Below, piece by piece: positions 41,385 to 53,354 of a stretch of 64,000 nucleotides of DNA (positions are counted from its first letter, which is position 1; every line of letters begins with the position of its first letter). Source of the DNA: Chrysomallon squamiferum (taxonomy: Eukaryota; Animalia; Mollusca); assembly GCA_012295275.1 (NCBI GenBank), contig CM022677.1, forward strand, positions 6,634,001 through 6,698,000, written 5' to 3'. The notes beneath the pieces are model-generated. The model saw only the letters and a program-made list of their open reading frames with translations, had not been told where the DNA came from and did no database searches. The translations under genes and the position numbers were made by a program.

Positions 41385-41949
41385 ATCTACAGCTTTGTCA
41401 CTAAATCTACAGAATATTGTGTTAGTGCTATTTAATAGTTTACAAATACAGAGAAACATTTTAACACGTTGCCTTTACTTTCTGCTTTAGTGACAAAGGA
41501 ATTCGTCTTTCTTTTTTTTACTTTTTTTAGATTATATGTTTTTTATATATTTAATTTGTATTTATTTATTTATTTATTTGTTTATTTATTTATTTAATGC
41601 TTCTTCCTCAGACCCGAGTTTTCCTTGCTGACGTCATATTAGAAGAGAAATGTATCTAATAAAACAGTTTCATAGATATCCGTGTTTAACGTTATAACAA
41701 AGAAAATATTTAATATCTTCGTCACTATTATTATTATTATTATTATACGTTTAATAATGTAATTTTTTAAGAACTGCTAGCATTATTTGAAAATAAATCA
41801 ACACACAGCGAAGTCTTCAGGATAGTATATAGGTACAAAAAAATAAATAAATAAATAAAAAAGGAAATATAAAAAACCGATAAATCAAAAACCAATGAAG
41901 ATGTTTATAACAGAAATTTAACTGACACATATAGCTATAATTATTACAG

Positions 41950-42240
41950 ATATATATAACTCGTAAGTCAAGAGATTACTATATATATTTTATGCATGAC
42001 TTACGAGCTCGTATATCAAATCAATTTTACGAACTGAAATTAACTGAAATGCCATTAATCCGTTCCAGCACCCCCAAAAAACCACCTTTGTTTTTTGCAC
42101 GTGTTTTCAAATAAGAAAAATGTATTTATAAATGACAAAAAATAAAATAAAAGGGAATGTAAAGAAATAAAATGTTCTAGTCTAGATTTTAATTAACTGT
42201 CGAACATTCCTTTAAATATATTTCATTTTCTACAATACTA
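41950..42240. mobile_element. Possible pogo/Tigger-like (Tc1/mariner superfamily) non-autonomous remnant
   Basis: Motifs actcgtaagtcaag, gacttacgagctcgtatatcaaatcaatt and aatgccattaatccgttccagcaccccc resemble terminal regions of pogo-like elements as I recall them. No TIR pair was found. Confidence 0.4.
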
Positions 42241-42537
42241 GTTAGACGCAGATTAATTTAATCCTGTCATGAACAAAGAAACTTATTTGTAAAAGCAAAT
42301 CAGGCTTCACACACAGGCTCAGGTTTTCTTTTATTGTAATTTTGGTAAGCTTGCTCACACCTTGGCTTTGAGAGGCAAAGCGGCTTCACAACTAGGCTGA
42401 TTATTCTGATTCCTGGCGTTTGTTTTATTTATGTACGTTTTTATCTTCTATGAACAACACTGTGTCTTTGAATCTAAATTATAAATTCTTCAACACGTAT
42501 AGTCCATGATTCATGTAAATAATGTGCCATTGCTTAC

Positions 42538-42688
<151 letters not shown>

Positions 42689-44229
42689 GCCTTACTTTTT
42701 ATTGTTGTTGAATTTAAATGAGAGATAATTATTTTCAAAGAAGATAATTAGATTCTTAAGGATTTAGCTCATCTCTCTCTCGTGAATAACTGATTTTCAA
42801 GATATATATATAGTATTATCACTCAATCTCATTTTGTAATAACAACTAAACACTGAATTTGTTATTCATTGTTTCCCCTCCACTTAGTCTCAGAAAGCTA
42901 TCTATGACTCTAGTTTAAAATTTAAAAAAATAACAATATAAAGAAATAAAAAAGAAAACAGAACACAGAATAATTTAAATACTTATTTGAAGGAAAAATC
43001 AGGCTTTAAATAAACATTTAAAACTACCTGTTTTAAATCTTAGGATTTAATTATCAGTCATAGGAAAACCAAATAAAAAGAAAAGCCTGTGTAACAAGTG
43101 TCCGCAATAAGACTTGAATCACTTTATTTATTTTGTGTAATATGTGTAATAACTGGTTCTACATTCTGTAATATCTGGTTCTACATTCTGTAATATACAG
43201 ATAAATAGATAGATAGATAGAAAGATAGAAGGACAAATAGAAGATAGATATGAATAAACTATTTAAATATTATTCAAAACTGCACATTAATATTTATGTT
43301 TACATCTGCAGGGAAACCCATACAAAAGGTGTTTGATAAACAATAAACCACGCAAATTAAAATCAGTCAAGAGTGGTTTTCCTAATTCAGTCATAATGTA
43401 ACACAAAGACACTATTACTATTACTACTATCTCATATATTATCACTGCTACTGTTTCATCTATTAGAACTGCTATTATTTCTATTACAACTGCTACTACT
43501 ACTCTATTACCAACTGTTACTATTCATCTATTACCTTGCTTCTAATATTGCTGTAACTATAATTACATTTATTACTTACTATTATTTCAAACTCTATAAA
43601 TAAAAATATTCCTCACTCTTAGGATATTTTTCTCAAGTTGGTGAAAAACAGAAAACAAAATATAATTTGACATGTTTATTTGAACAAGAAAACAAGGATC
43701 AACTTCAAAACTACTTTTTCATATTAAAAAGATAGTTTTAGAAAAATCCATAATTGAAAATATTGAAAAACATGGAATAAAATGTTTCTGAACTTTTGAA
43801 TGTTTTGTATTGGTTTTATAGTGAGAGTGCTATAAAACATAAAAAAAATACCAAGATGTCTGATATATTGATAAAAGAATATTAATAAAACAAAATAAAG
43901 AATAGCAAAACATTTGTTTACAAAACATTTAAAAATTAAGAATTAATCTAACAGACATATAATTATTCATTAAGAAAATATCTTAGGAATATTCATTTAA
44001 AAAATAATTTTCCAAATAACATAATTATCTCCTTCCACTTTTGTTTTATTAACATGCTTTTTCTTTTTTTATAAATCTTCACCAGAAATCTCGGTATTCT
44101 TTCTTATTTTATATTTTGATTGCATGATTAAGCAGATTATGCTTTCAAATAAATAAATAACTAAATAAAATAAAATTATAAGAGATTTCTAAGGCAGTAA
44201 TTCAATATAAATAATTTCTTTTTCACTGA

Positions 44230-47200
44230 CTTGACTGTACTTGGTACTGTGTCTGGTCCAAACATTCCGTAAACTGGTCTGTGTCTCACTATATCTTCTA
44301 TGAACAACACTGTGCCTTTGAATCTAACTTCTTCAACATGTATAGTCCATGATTCATGTAAATAATGTTCTTGGTGTGGAATTTTCAATTTTAAGCAAGC
44401 ATTCAGTTCTTCAATTGTGGACATGTTCATCTTCTGCTTATTTAGTTCAGTGCAATCAGAAAACTTGACCACAGGTAATTTATATTATCATTTCTCACAA
44501 GTATTCCTTCATTCTCAAGCTCATGATAAAAAAACCTGAAAAAATTTTAAAAATGTGTTATTAATAAAATAAAAATAAAATTGAGGTTTGTATAAACTAT
44601 ATTAATATGGATTATACAGTTTGCAATGTAAAATGAATGTTAGATGTGATTTCTGTTGAACATTATTTATATTACTGACCCAAGAAATTAAAAAAAAATA
44701 AAAAATAAATAAAAATAAAATTCAGGCAAAAAGATAGTAATAATAAATTAAATAAAGAAATAATATAATAAAATAAATATATAAACAAAGAAACTTCTTA
44801 TCAATTTGGATGATTATTATGAATTTTATCCATTTTGTTTTCTTGTTCTTTAATTTTTTGTTTAGATTTATAGATTTTAGATTTATCTATCTCTGTGTTA
44901 TAAAATATGAATGAACAAAATCTCTCACTACCTCTGACATCTTTGAATGACAGTCAACATCAAGACTTTTTAACAGAAAGTTGAATACAATGTCAGTGAC
45001 CTGACTGCCAAGAAAGTAAACCTGTTTTCATCTGATCAGAGTCCATGTAGAGATTTTTATTTTCTCCTTCACTGACCAAACAGTCAATCTTCAGTAATAA
45101 CACAGAAATATTATTTTAAATGTTTATCTAATATAAATTCAAACAAGTATTATTAACTGTAATAATAACAACAAACTAAATAACTAAATAAATAAATAAG
45201 CAACAGCAACAATAACAACAATAAATAAAAATAAAAATAATAAATATAAACTAAAATGAGTTGAAATGAAATAAATAAAATTTAAAAATAAATTTAAAAA
45301 GTCACAAAGGTCCTCCTTAAATAAATTTAACAAACTGTTCTATGAAGAAATTTGTTGTGTGAGTTGTATTACTAATCAGTAAAAACAACAAATGGGCAGC
45401 CTTCCTCTCACTTCTGCTGTGTATCATTAATATATTTTTAAAAAAAATCGGAGTGAAAATAGTACCATTCTGTTAATGGTTGAGAACAACATCTACTGAA
45501 CTCTGCTTGTGCATCAGAACACAGCAGAATGTCATGGGACGGATTGGGGAAGGATTCTGCTAAGATGAGATGTGACTGGAATCTAGGATTTGCCACAGCA
45601 GACGTCAGATTGAACTTCCTGAAACAGGCTTAGTCACAGTTATCTCCCTTGCCAACTCCTTGAAGAAATCTGTAATAAATAAAACCTTTATATTAAATGT
45701 CATTATTAAGCATTATAGACAGAAAAACAAAAAAGATGTTTATTAAAATGAAGTAAAAAAAAAAAAAAAATTATAATAATAAAATAAAACAAGTACAAAT
45801 AATGATAATTTATTTTTATATTTTGTAAATATTTTATTTTATATTTTAGAAAAACAAAGAAATAAGGTAAAAGTTATTAGACATTAATAAATAGAATTTT
45901 CACCACTCTGAATATAGAATTTTCATAATTATGCAGTTATTGCTACATTAGTTTTTAAACATAAAATCTACATACTCAGAAAAACTAATAAACAATAAAG
46001 AACAATAAGGTAAATAAATAAAAATAAAACTCAGAAATATTTATTCATTTTATGTTGTAGTACAGTTCGATGTTAGGAATAAAGTAACTGAATTGGGTGA
46101 AACTTTCTTAAGAATTTATGTTAATTAAAGAAACATTCATGATTAATCTATTAAGTTACTATATTAAAAAGACTTCTAAATGTACATATTTTGTTTTATT
46201 TTAACAGTAAAAAGTAAACTTTTACTAGATGCTACAAAGTCTTATACTGTCACTAGTCATCTTCTCTAACTCCTTGCAGGGGCTGGATGAAAACAATCTT
46301 GATTTTAACCTGTTATGCTTTTATATCATTTTATTTACACTGTTGCAAAATTATATTATGATTTAAATTTATAAAATTATTTTTAATTAAGACAAGACAT
46401 TAAACCACCATGATTTCTGGTTAAATGGTATTATGAAGAAAAAACATAACTGAATGAGAGGTACTGAGGTATCACATCTACATATACTGCAGAATTAGAA
46501 ACACCAAGACAACATTTTTGTAAACTAATTACATTTCAATTTTGAATGACCTCTTTGAGAAGATCACCAGGATTTCATAGGTAGTCCAGAGAAGCAAGAA
46601 TTTCAGCTGCCTGACTTCTGTGTTACTACAGCTGAAAAACGAAATTAAAATATTAAGAATAATAAAAAAAAACTTCAGTAATAACATGAAAATATTTTTA
46701 AAATAGTTTTTAATCTGGCAAATGCTGACCTAGATTCCAGTGGGAAAATGGATTCTCAAATAGGAAACTAATTTAAACTTAGGATTAAAGTATTTATACA
46801 ATTATAAAGATTTCCAGCGTTGGTTTTTCTTTTTTCGTTTGTTAAGTAAAGTTATGAAATGATAATAATTATTATTTTTATGTGTCTTATTTAGCCAGTT
46901 AATTTTATGTGTAACTTTTCTTATTTCCTGTAAAATGTAAAACGAATAAATAATATTACTAAAAAAGAATTTACCTTTTTTTTTTCCACTATTGATGTTG
47001 CATGCTGTCTTCTCAAAACATCTAGGAACTGTAGGAACTGCTGACAAAAATATTCTGACTGGAATCGGTTTCTATGGTTTCTGTTAGTATTACTGACGTC
47101 ATTCTCAACATGAGATAAAATGTCAGACTATTTCAAGCTGATAATCACGCAGACAGGGTCTGTAAGTAAAAGTGTTTCTAAATGAAAAAATAAAATTACT

Positions 47201-47900
47201 GATATGGAATTGTTTGAATAAAGTGGCATTCATTTTATTATATATTAAGTAAAGTGACCGAAAGTGGCAGGCTAACAACTAACAATAAATAAAAATAAAG
47301 CAACACAAACCTATCCACAGATCAAGATCAGTGCAACAACTATCACAGCAGCTGTTGAACAAACCTTAATAGAGTCATTAAGACCAACAATTAAAAAAAA
47401 TTACAGAAAGTATGTGAAATGTGCTATTGTAGAAAACCGAAAACATATATGCTTGAAGTTCGACTTCATTAACTAGCTAGACACCTTTACTAAGAAAAAT
47501 AAATGTAAGCAAATGTTATATTGTTACAGAACGGCCAAACATTTCACTTGCAATTTTGGCTTCTATCCTGCCAAAGGTCCCTGGGTATTGTACTCGTCAC
47601 ATGTATCAGTATTCTTGTCCTGATTGTGGTAATAGTCACAAGACTTTCAGGTTTTGTAAATATACCAGTGTCAAGGACGTTTCCTGTTTCACATGTCATA
47701 CCTCTTGTAACACTAACCTTTGACGAGTGGCCCTTTGTCATTCAAGACCCGACAATAACAATCTCAATGCCCCGAGCAGTCCGAGATCGAGTGGGTGTGG
47801 TCTTTCTTTTCCAGGAATATCACTTGGTACTGTTAGTTTCCACTAAACTTTCAGCAGGTTCATTGTTTCTTGGCACACACACACACACTTACCGTCAATT
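44230..47900 (-). pseudogene. Unidentified multi-exon gene remnant (exon-like blocks ~47520-47900, 46975-47159, 46530-46632, 45310-45669, 44932-45088, 44230-44535)
   Basis: Minus-strand acceptors (ttacttacag, ttattacag, ttttcag) precede complex, GC-richer blocks with interrupted frames. Examples: LPVVKFSDCTELNKQKMNMSTIEELNACLKLKIPHQEHYLHESWTIHVEEVRFKGTVLFIEDIVRHRPVYGMFGPD and FLQGVGKGDNCD*ACFRKFNLTSAVANPRFQSHLILAESFPNPSHDILLC. Family not recognised. Confidence 0.6.
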
Positions 47901-48645
47901 ATAACAACTTTCAAGGGCTTATTTCCTTTGAAAAAAAGGGATGGCAAAGGTCTACCTCTATGTTTTCCAAACACAGACATAATGATGGTCTATAGAAGAC
48001 TTGAAGCAGTACACAATCAATCAAAGACACTTTCAAAATAACCACAAGGAATTAGACTAGAAGGCGGCCATTGTGATTCAAGGGAGAGAACTGTACTGCC
48101 TTGGAAGCAGGGAGTGGTTATTGTCTGAAAGTGAGCATGTGTATGTGCGTGTTTTTTATTTTATTTACTTTGTTTTGAGCCAGATGTGTTTTCATTTTTG
48201 GATTTGGGGGCAGTATTTTTTTAATATCTTTGAAGACACATTGAAAAAAGCCTCTTAACTTTATTTTTAAATTTTTATGTTACATTATAAACTTTTCGGA
48301 TAATATAAACTATCACGGCTGACTTGGTACCAGTTAACATATGAAACAAGAAAATCTGAATCACAAGGACTAAAATAAAAGGCACAAGGATTTATTGATC
48401 ATTTTAATAGAAAGAAAGAAGAAGAAAAAGAAAGAGGAAAGAAAAGCCCCCCAAAATGGAAAAACGTTGAAGTATAATGGTACAGGTGATAACTAGCAAC
48501 GATAATACACAATGATTTGTCATGTTAAGATATCTGTTGAAGAAAATCTTTATTAACTGGAAATTTATCTTATTCCAAAACTGGCATTATTTAATAGATA
48601 AACAAAACATGAAATTAAAATAGTAAAACAATAATTGAGACAAAA

Positions 48646-48646
48646 C

Positions 48647-48712
<66 letters not shown>

Positions 48713-48745
48713 AAGAAGAAGAAGAAGAAGAAGAAGAAGAAAAAG
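48646..48745. repeat. Compound (AAT)n(GAA)n microsatellite
   Basis: Direct observation. Confidence 0.95.
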
Positions 48746-48862
48746 AAAGAAAGAGAAAAGAAAGTTTAAAATTTATAGGCTCAACTAGTGTGACATTTTA
48801 TAAACTAGGATTAACTTTAATATATCTATATATGTGTATATATGCAGCAGAACTTTGTGCAT

Positions 48863-50150
48863 CTAACTTCAGATACAGCTACGAAATGTCCGTTTTATTA
48901 AAAGTAACGTGATATTTTACTTTGCCAACTCTAAATCGTATAATAGAAAGGTGTCATTTTACTGTACGTTGAACTTTAATATTATATACACTACAGAAAA
49001 TACTGATAAACACAGTTACAAATGATAATTCTACATGGCGTTATGAAAATAAGCGGTTTAATTACCTGTAAAAAGAAAAAGATGATCATTAATTGCTGGT
49101 TGAGCAGCGACATTTTCAGTTTGCAGGTTAAGTTTGTTGAGAAATGTTTATCTCATATTTTATTAATATCGTATGTTTATATTAGGTTATATTAAAAAAT
49201 ATCAGAGTTAATTCCCTGGAATCACGATAGTGTGTACTGATTAGCTGAGAACAAACAAGGTGAAAATGTTATTTTATTATGCGAAATTTAATTTTTTCAT
49301 TACATTCATTAAAAAGTGTACATCAGCGCAAGATGTATAGTGTAATATACTTTACATTTCTTATTATACCTGAAGTTCTCTTATTACATTAGATATTAAT
49401 ATAACCGCTTCACCAGTCATAATCTATATAACAATGAAGCAGACACCATAGTTGTCAGTCCTCCCTTTGTCAACAGCTAAATAACAACAACAACAACAGT
49501 AATAACACCTTAATATTATTTTTATTTTTATTTTTATTTTTTTCTGTACAAATGGAAGCTTCCTATATATGTTTGACGCTATTCTCTTAGGTTCATTAGA
49601 ACTGTTCTGAGTGCGGATATAAAAATTACTTCGAATTTTTTACTAGGCCTCGTAAAGTTATCAGAGAAATCAGATTTATTCTTAGTGTATTGTTTCTATC
49701 GAGTTCAAAACAAAATACTTCTTTTTAAAAAAGTATATAATAATGATAATAATAATAATACATTTATTTATTTATAATATAATTATATGAGAAATCGTGA
49801 ACTTTATATTACTGAATAAACATGAAATTTCAATCTAGATTAACTTACTTTTCTCAGTGTTTAAATAACCTGATATATTCTTAATTACATAATTTGATCA
49901 ATTTAACTTTTAGATTAATCATGTAATTTCATGTAGGGAGAGATGTAAATTGTGTCGCGGAATGACATGTCACTGCAGTCATAACACAAAATATCACATT
50001 GTAACAGTGAAAGGTGCAGAGTTAATTTTCAGTAATATCAATACAATAGTAAATAAAATATTCATCTAGCACTTCACGCGTTTCTGTGTAGTCTTATTTT
50101 TATTAATAAAATAACTTAATATTATAAGACTATATGATAAAAAGGACATT
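48863..50150 (-). repeat. Right, inverted copy of the 2775-3815 repeat, with an extra ~200 bp at ~49640-49860
   Basis: See the left copy. Also ttccctggaatcacgatagt (49212) is the reverse complement of actgtcgtgattccagggaa (3458), and ggaagcttcctatatatgtt (49554) is the reverse complement of 3130-3149. Confidence 0.85.
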
Positions 50151-51220
50151 AATTTGTAAACAAAAAAAAAAAAAAAAAAAACCAGATGTGTTTTTCAATG
50201 TACTTTGTTAATATTACAGCTTTACTTTTACTATCAGTATATTGACTTGTATACCTAATAACATTACCGAAGAAACACTCGGTTTTTTCTTCTTTTTTTT
50301 TGATAATTGTCCACTAATTGTACAATAATATAAACATTTTTTGTACAAGATCAGCATTATTTTACTATTTACTATTAATATTAATGTTGAAAGAAAATAT
50401 TCATATTTAGATGTGAAACGGAGATATAAAGCTTCTATCTTACGTTGTTAACTTTACAAAATTATTTAAAATATAAAATATCAAAATATAGCGTTAATGT
50501 CATTTACCACAGAAGCCTGTACTGGAGGATCAAGTAACAGAGGTGATTATTTTAATTCGTATAGCAGGAAGAAAATTAGAATGACCAAGAATTAATTTCT
50601 GTATCTGCTTTCATCAAAATTATAAATCTTGTCATATCTTGTCTTAAATAGAAAAGCTTATTTTTATAATTAGGTGAACTGAACAGGTGTTAAATTCGGT
50701 GAAACTGTCTGCATTTTGTGTTTAAAGTCTGAAATACAAAATTATGTTTTTATATTGATCTATGATATTGTTACTTTTACTAATAAATAAATAAAAAAAA
50801 ATCAATAAAAAATTATTATTGTGATTATTACAAATATTATTAGTTGTAGTAGTATTCAAAGCTGCCATAAAATGTCTCATAGATGTATTTACATGACTCA
50901 AGCAATTGTGAAAAACTGATAAATATTATATGAAATATACCTTTTTGGCAACTATATCTCATCAAATATTATATAGTGCTAAAGCAAACAAATTTGTTGA
51001 CAATATATAAAAAGATACAGAATTATATTGGTACTTTAAGATATTAATTCTTAATAACTTATCAGATACATTTAATATAAAGTTTCTTTAAGCTCCAGGT
51101 AGTGATACCATAAAAACATGACATTATAAATAATTACATTTAACACTTTCCTTTTAAAGTAGTCAATTGTTTATGTATTTATTTATTTATTTATTTATAG
51201 ATTTTGTCTGTTGTTTTTAG

Positions 51221-51519
51221 TGGATGGTGTTTGGTCATCTTGGACAAGACAAAATGTACAGACCTGTCAGTCAAACTGTCTCAGAACTGTGACATTACTA
51301 AGAACCTGTACAAGCCCGACACCAGCTACTGGTGGAAGTCAGCATAGTGGAGCTAGACAAACTACAACCACTGAAAGCTGTACCAATGCACTGTGTGATA
51401 GAGGTAAGCTTAAGAAAATGGACTGGATATTGATGATGTGTGAGATCAAGTGTAAATCAAATATATATGAATCTCTGTGTTTTGTGTTTACTTTGGTGTG
51501 TGTGTTGGTGTACACATTT

Positions 51520-51559
<40 letters not shown>

Positions 51560-53200
51560 TAAGGAATGTATTTCTTTAATTTCTTTTTTTTTTAAATTTA
51601 TTTTCTATTTGTTTATCATCCATTTTGCAATCCAGTGCCTGCTGCAAGCAATATTGCTAAACTTGTTAAACAATATACAGAAATATTTTCAGGTATAAAT
51701 AATTTTGATCAATAATCTGTCTTATAACATAACAGCAGCTAACTATACTGAACAGGCAGAACAATTGAAAGAACTCACTAAGCTTTGTGCAGGCAAATTA
51801 ATCTGACATTCAACTTTTAAATAAAAAAAAATAATTTCAGAACTAGATTTCAAGCACAATTTAAAAAATATTTAATCCTCATTTTTTATTTATTTATTTA
51901 TTTGTTTATTTATTTATTTATTTATTATATATTTATTTATTTAATTTCACGCTTACAGTTGATGGTGACTGGTCTGCATGGACACTTCAGAGACTGGGTA
52001 GTTGTAGTGAAATGTGGTAGAGGCACAAGAATAAGATTTGAGATATGAACATGCACAGATACGAAGAGAAATCTTCAACAAGCATGTGAAACAAATGTCT
52101 TATGTCCAGGTAACAAAGAATAATCAAAGCAAATATATTGATACTGTAATTTTCTTTTAAACAAATTATTACTGTCAGGTGGGCATGTTGTTTCCTGACA
52201 GGCATTTATGCTTCTGTTATATTCTAAGAAGAAAATATATAAGAAAAAAAGTTGTTGTCACTAAATAATCTGAGCAATAAAATTACTTCTCTGCCTACAA
52301 AAGTGAAAAATTACTCAAATAATAAAATATTGATTTAAGGATTACACTAAAAAAAATATGGCTGTTTCAGTTGTTAATTATTTGGTGAAACTTTAAGGCT
52401 AATGAATTACATTATGTTTATTGATAATCACAATAGTAAAGCATTAAGCAGCACATTTCTAAAGTTTTACATATTAAAAGTTTTAAAAAATTAGCTGTAA
52501 CTGGTCTTTGATTAAGATATTAATATATCTTGGAATATCTTGTACAGTCTGAACATATATTTGTTATTTAATTAAGACAAGAAAAGGTTTGGGTTCTTCA
52601 CATAAAAAATCACTATAACTGTTATTATGTTTATAAGTTATTCATATCTGAGTAAAAATTATTTATATTTTGTTTTGTAGCCTGGGGTTCATGGTCAGCA
52701 TTCAGTGCAGTTACAGCATGCTCAGTAACCTGTGGCTCTGAGAAAAGAGAGAAAAAGAATTTGTGAGAATGATGTACAAGGTGGTAATGGGTGTGGAGGC
52801 AAATCACCTCAAACTGAAACAAAAACTGAATCGTGTTCAGCACAAAATCCCTGGCCAGCATGGGTAGCATGGAGTTTTAATGTTTATGTTGTCTGTTCTG
52901 CAACAAGTGGAGCTGCTACTCAGACTGGTTTAGGGACAAGAAAGTGTGAAAATGATCCAACAGGATTAAGCTGTTGCTCACGATCACCACAAAAACCAGA
53001 GAAAGTAAATAATAATTAGTCGTTGTTTTAAAAAAGATCTCCAAGTATGTCAAAATGATATTGACATTATAATTGTATAAGTGAATGCTGTTCTTTTCTT
53101 AACTGTAAACACCAAAATAATATTTACTTTTTGAGATGAAGAATGGCCTGAATGGACTAGCTACAAACTGATACAAGCAATGACATCTCTGAGACAGTAG
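51221..53200 (+). pseudogene. Thrombospondin type-1 repeat (TSR) gene remnant; exons 51221-51403, 51959-52109, 52681-~53003 and a fragment at ~53136
   Basis: VDGVWSSW..C.SNC..RTCTSPTPATGG..ESC..C; VDGDWSAW..CSE; WGSWSAFS..CSVTCGS..RICE..GGNGCGG. The exons are phase-1 with AG/GT. Exons 2 and 3 have frameshifts and stops, and several cysteines are lost. Confidence 0.88.
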
Positions 53201-53295
53201 CTACAGTGACACACCTGTACAAGCAATGACATCTCTGAGACAGTAGCTACAGAGACAAACCTGTACAAGCAATGACATCTCTGAGACAGTAGCTA
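53170..53295 (+). repeat. ~46 bp tandem repeat, 3 copies
   Basis: tacaagcaatgacatctctgagacagtagcta occurs three times. Confidence 0.9.
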
Positions 53296-53354
53296 AAGTG
53301 ATTTTATCTGTTTTTTCAATATAAATGATTGCTAAATATATGTAAGTATGCAAC

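Noticed and set aside
47120-47159. LRDYQLE, a helicase Q-motif look-alike on the minus strand
   Set aside because: It is followed by a stop with no Walker A motif, and another frame of the same exon is much more open.
47521-47904. 127 aa plus-strand ORF
   Set aside because: No recognisable domain or splice support. Neighbouring exon signals are on the minus strand.
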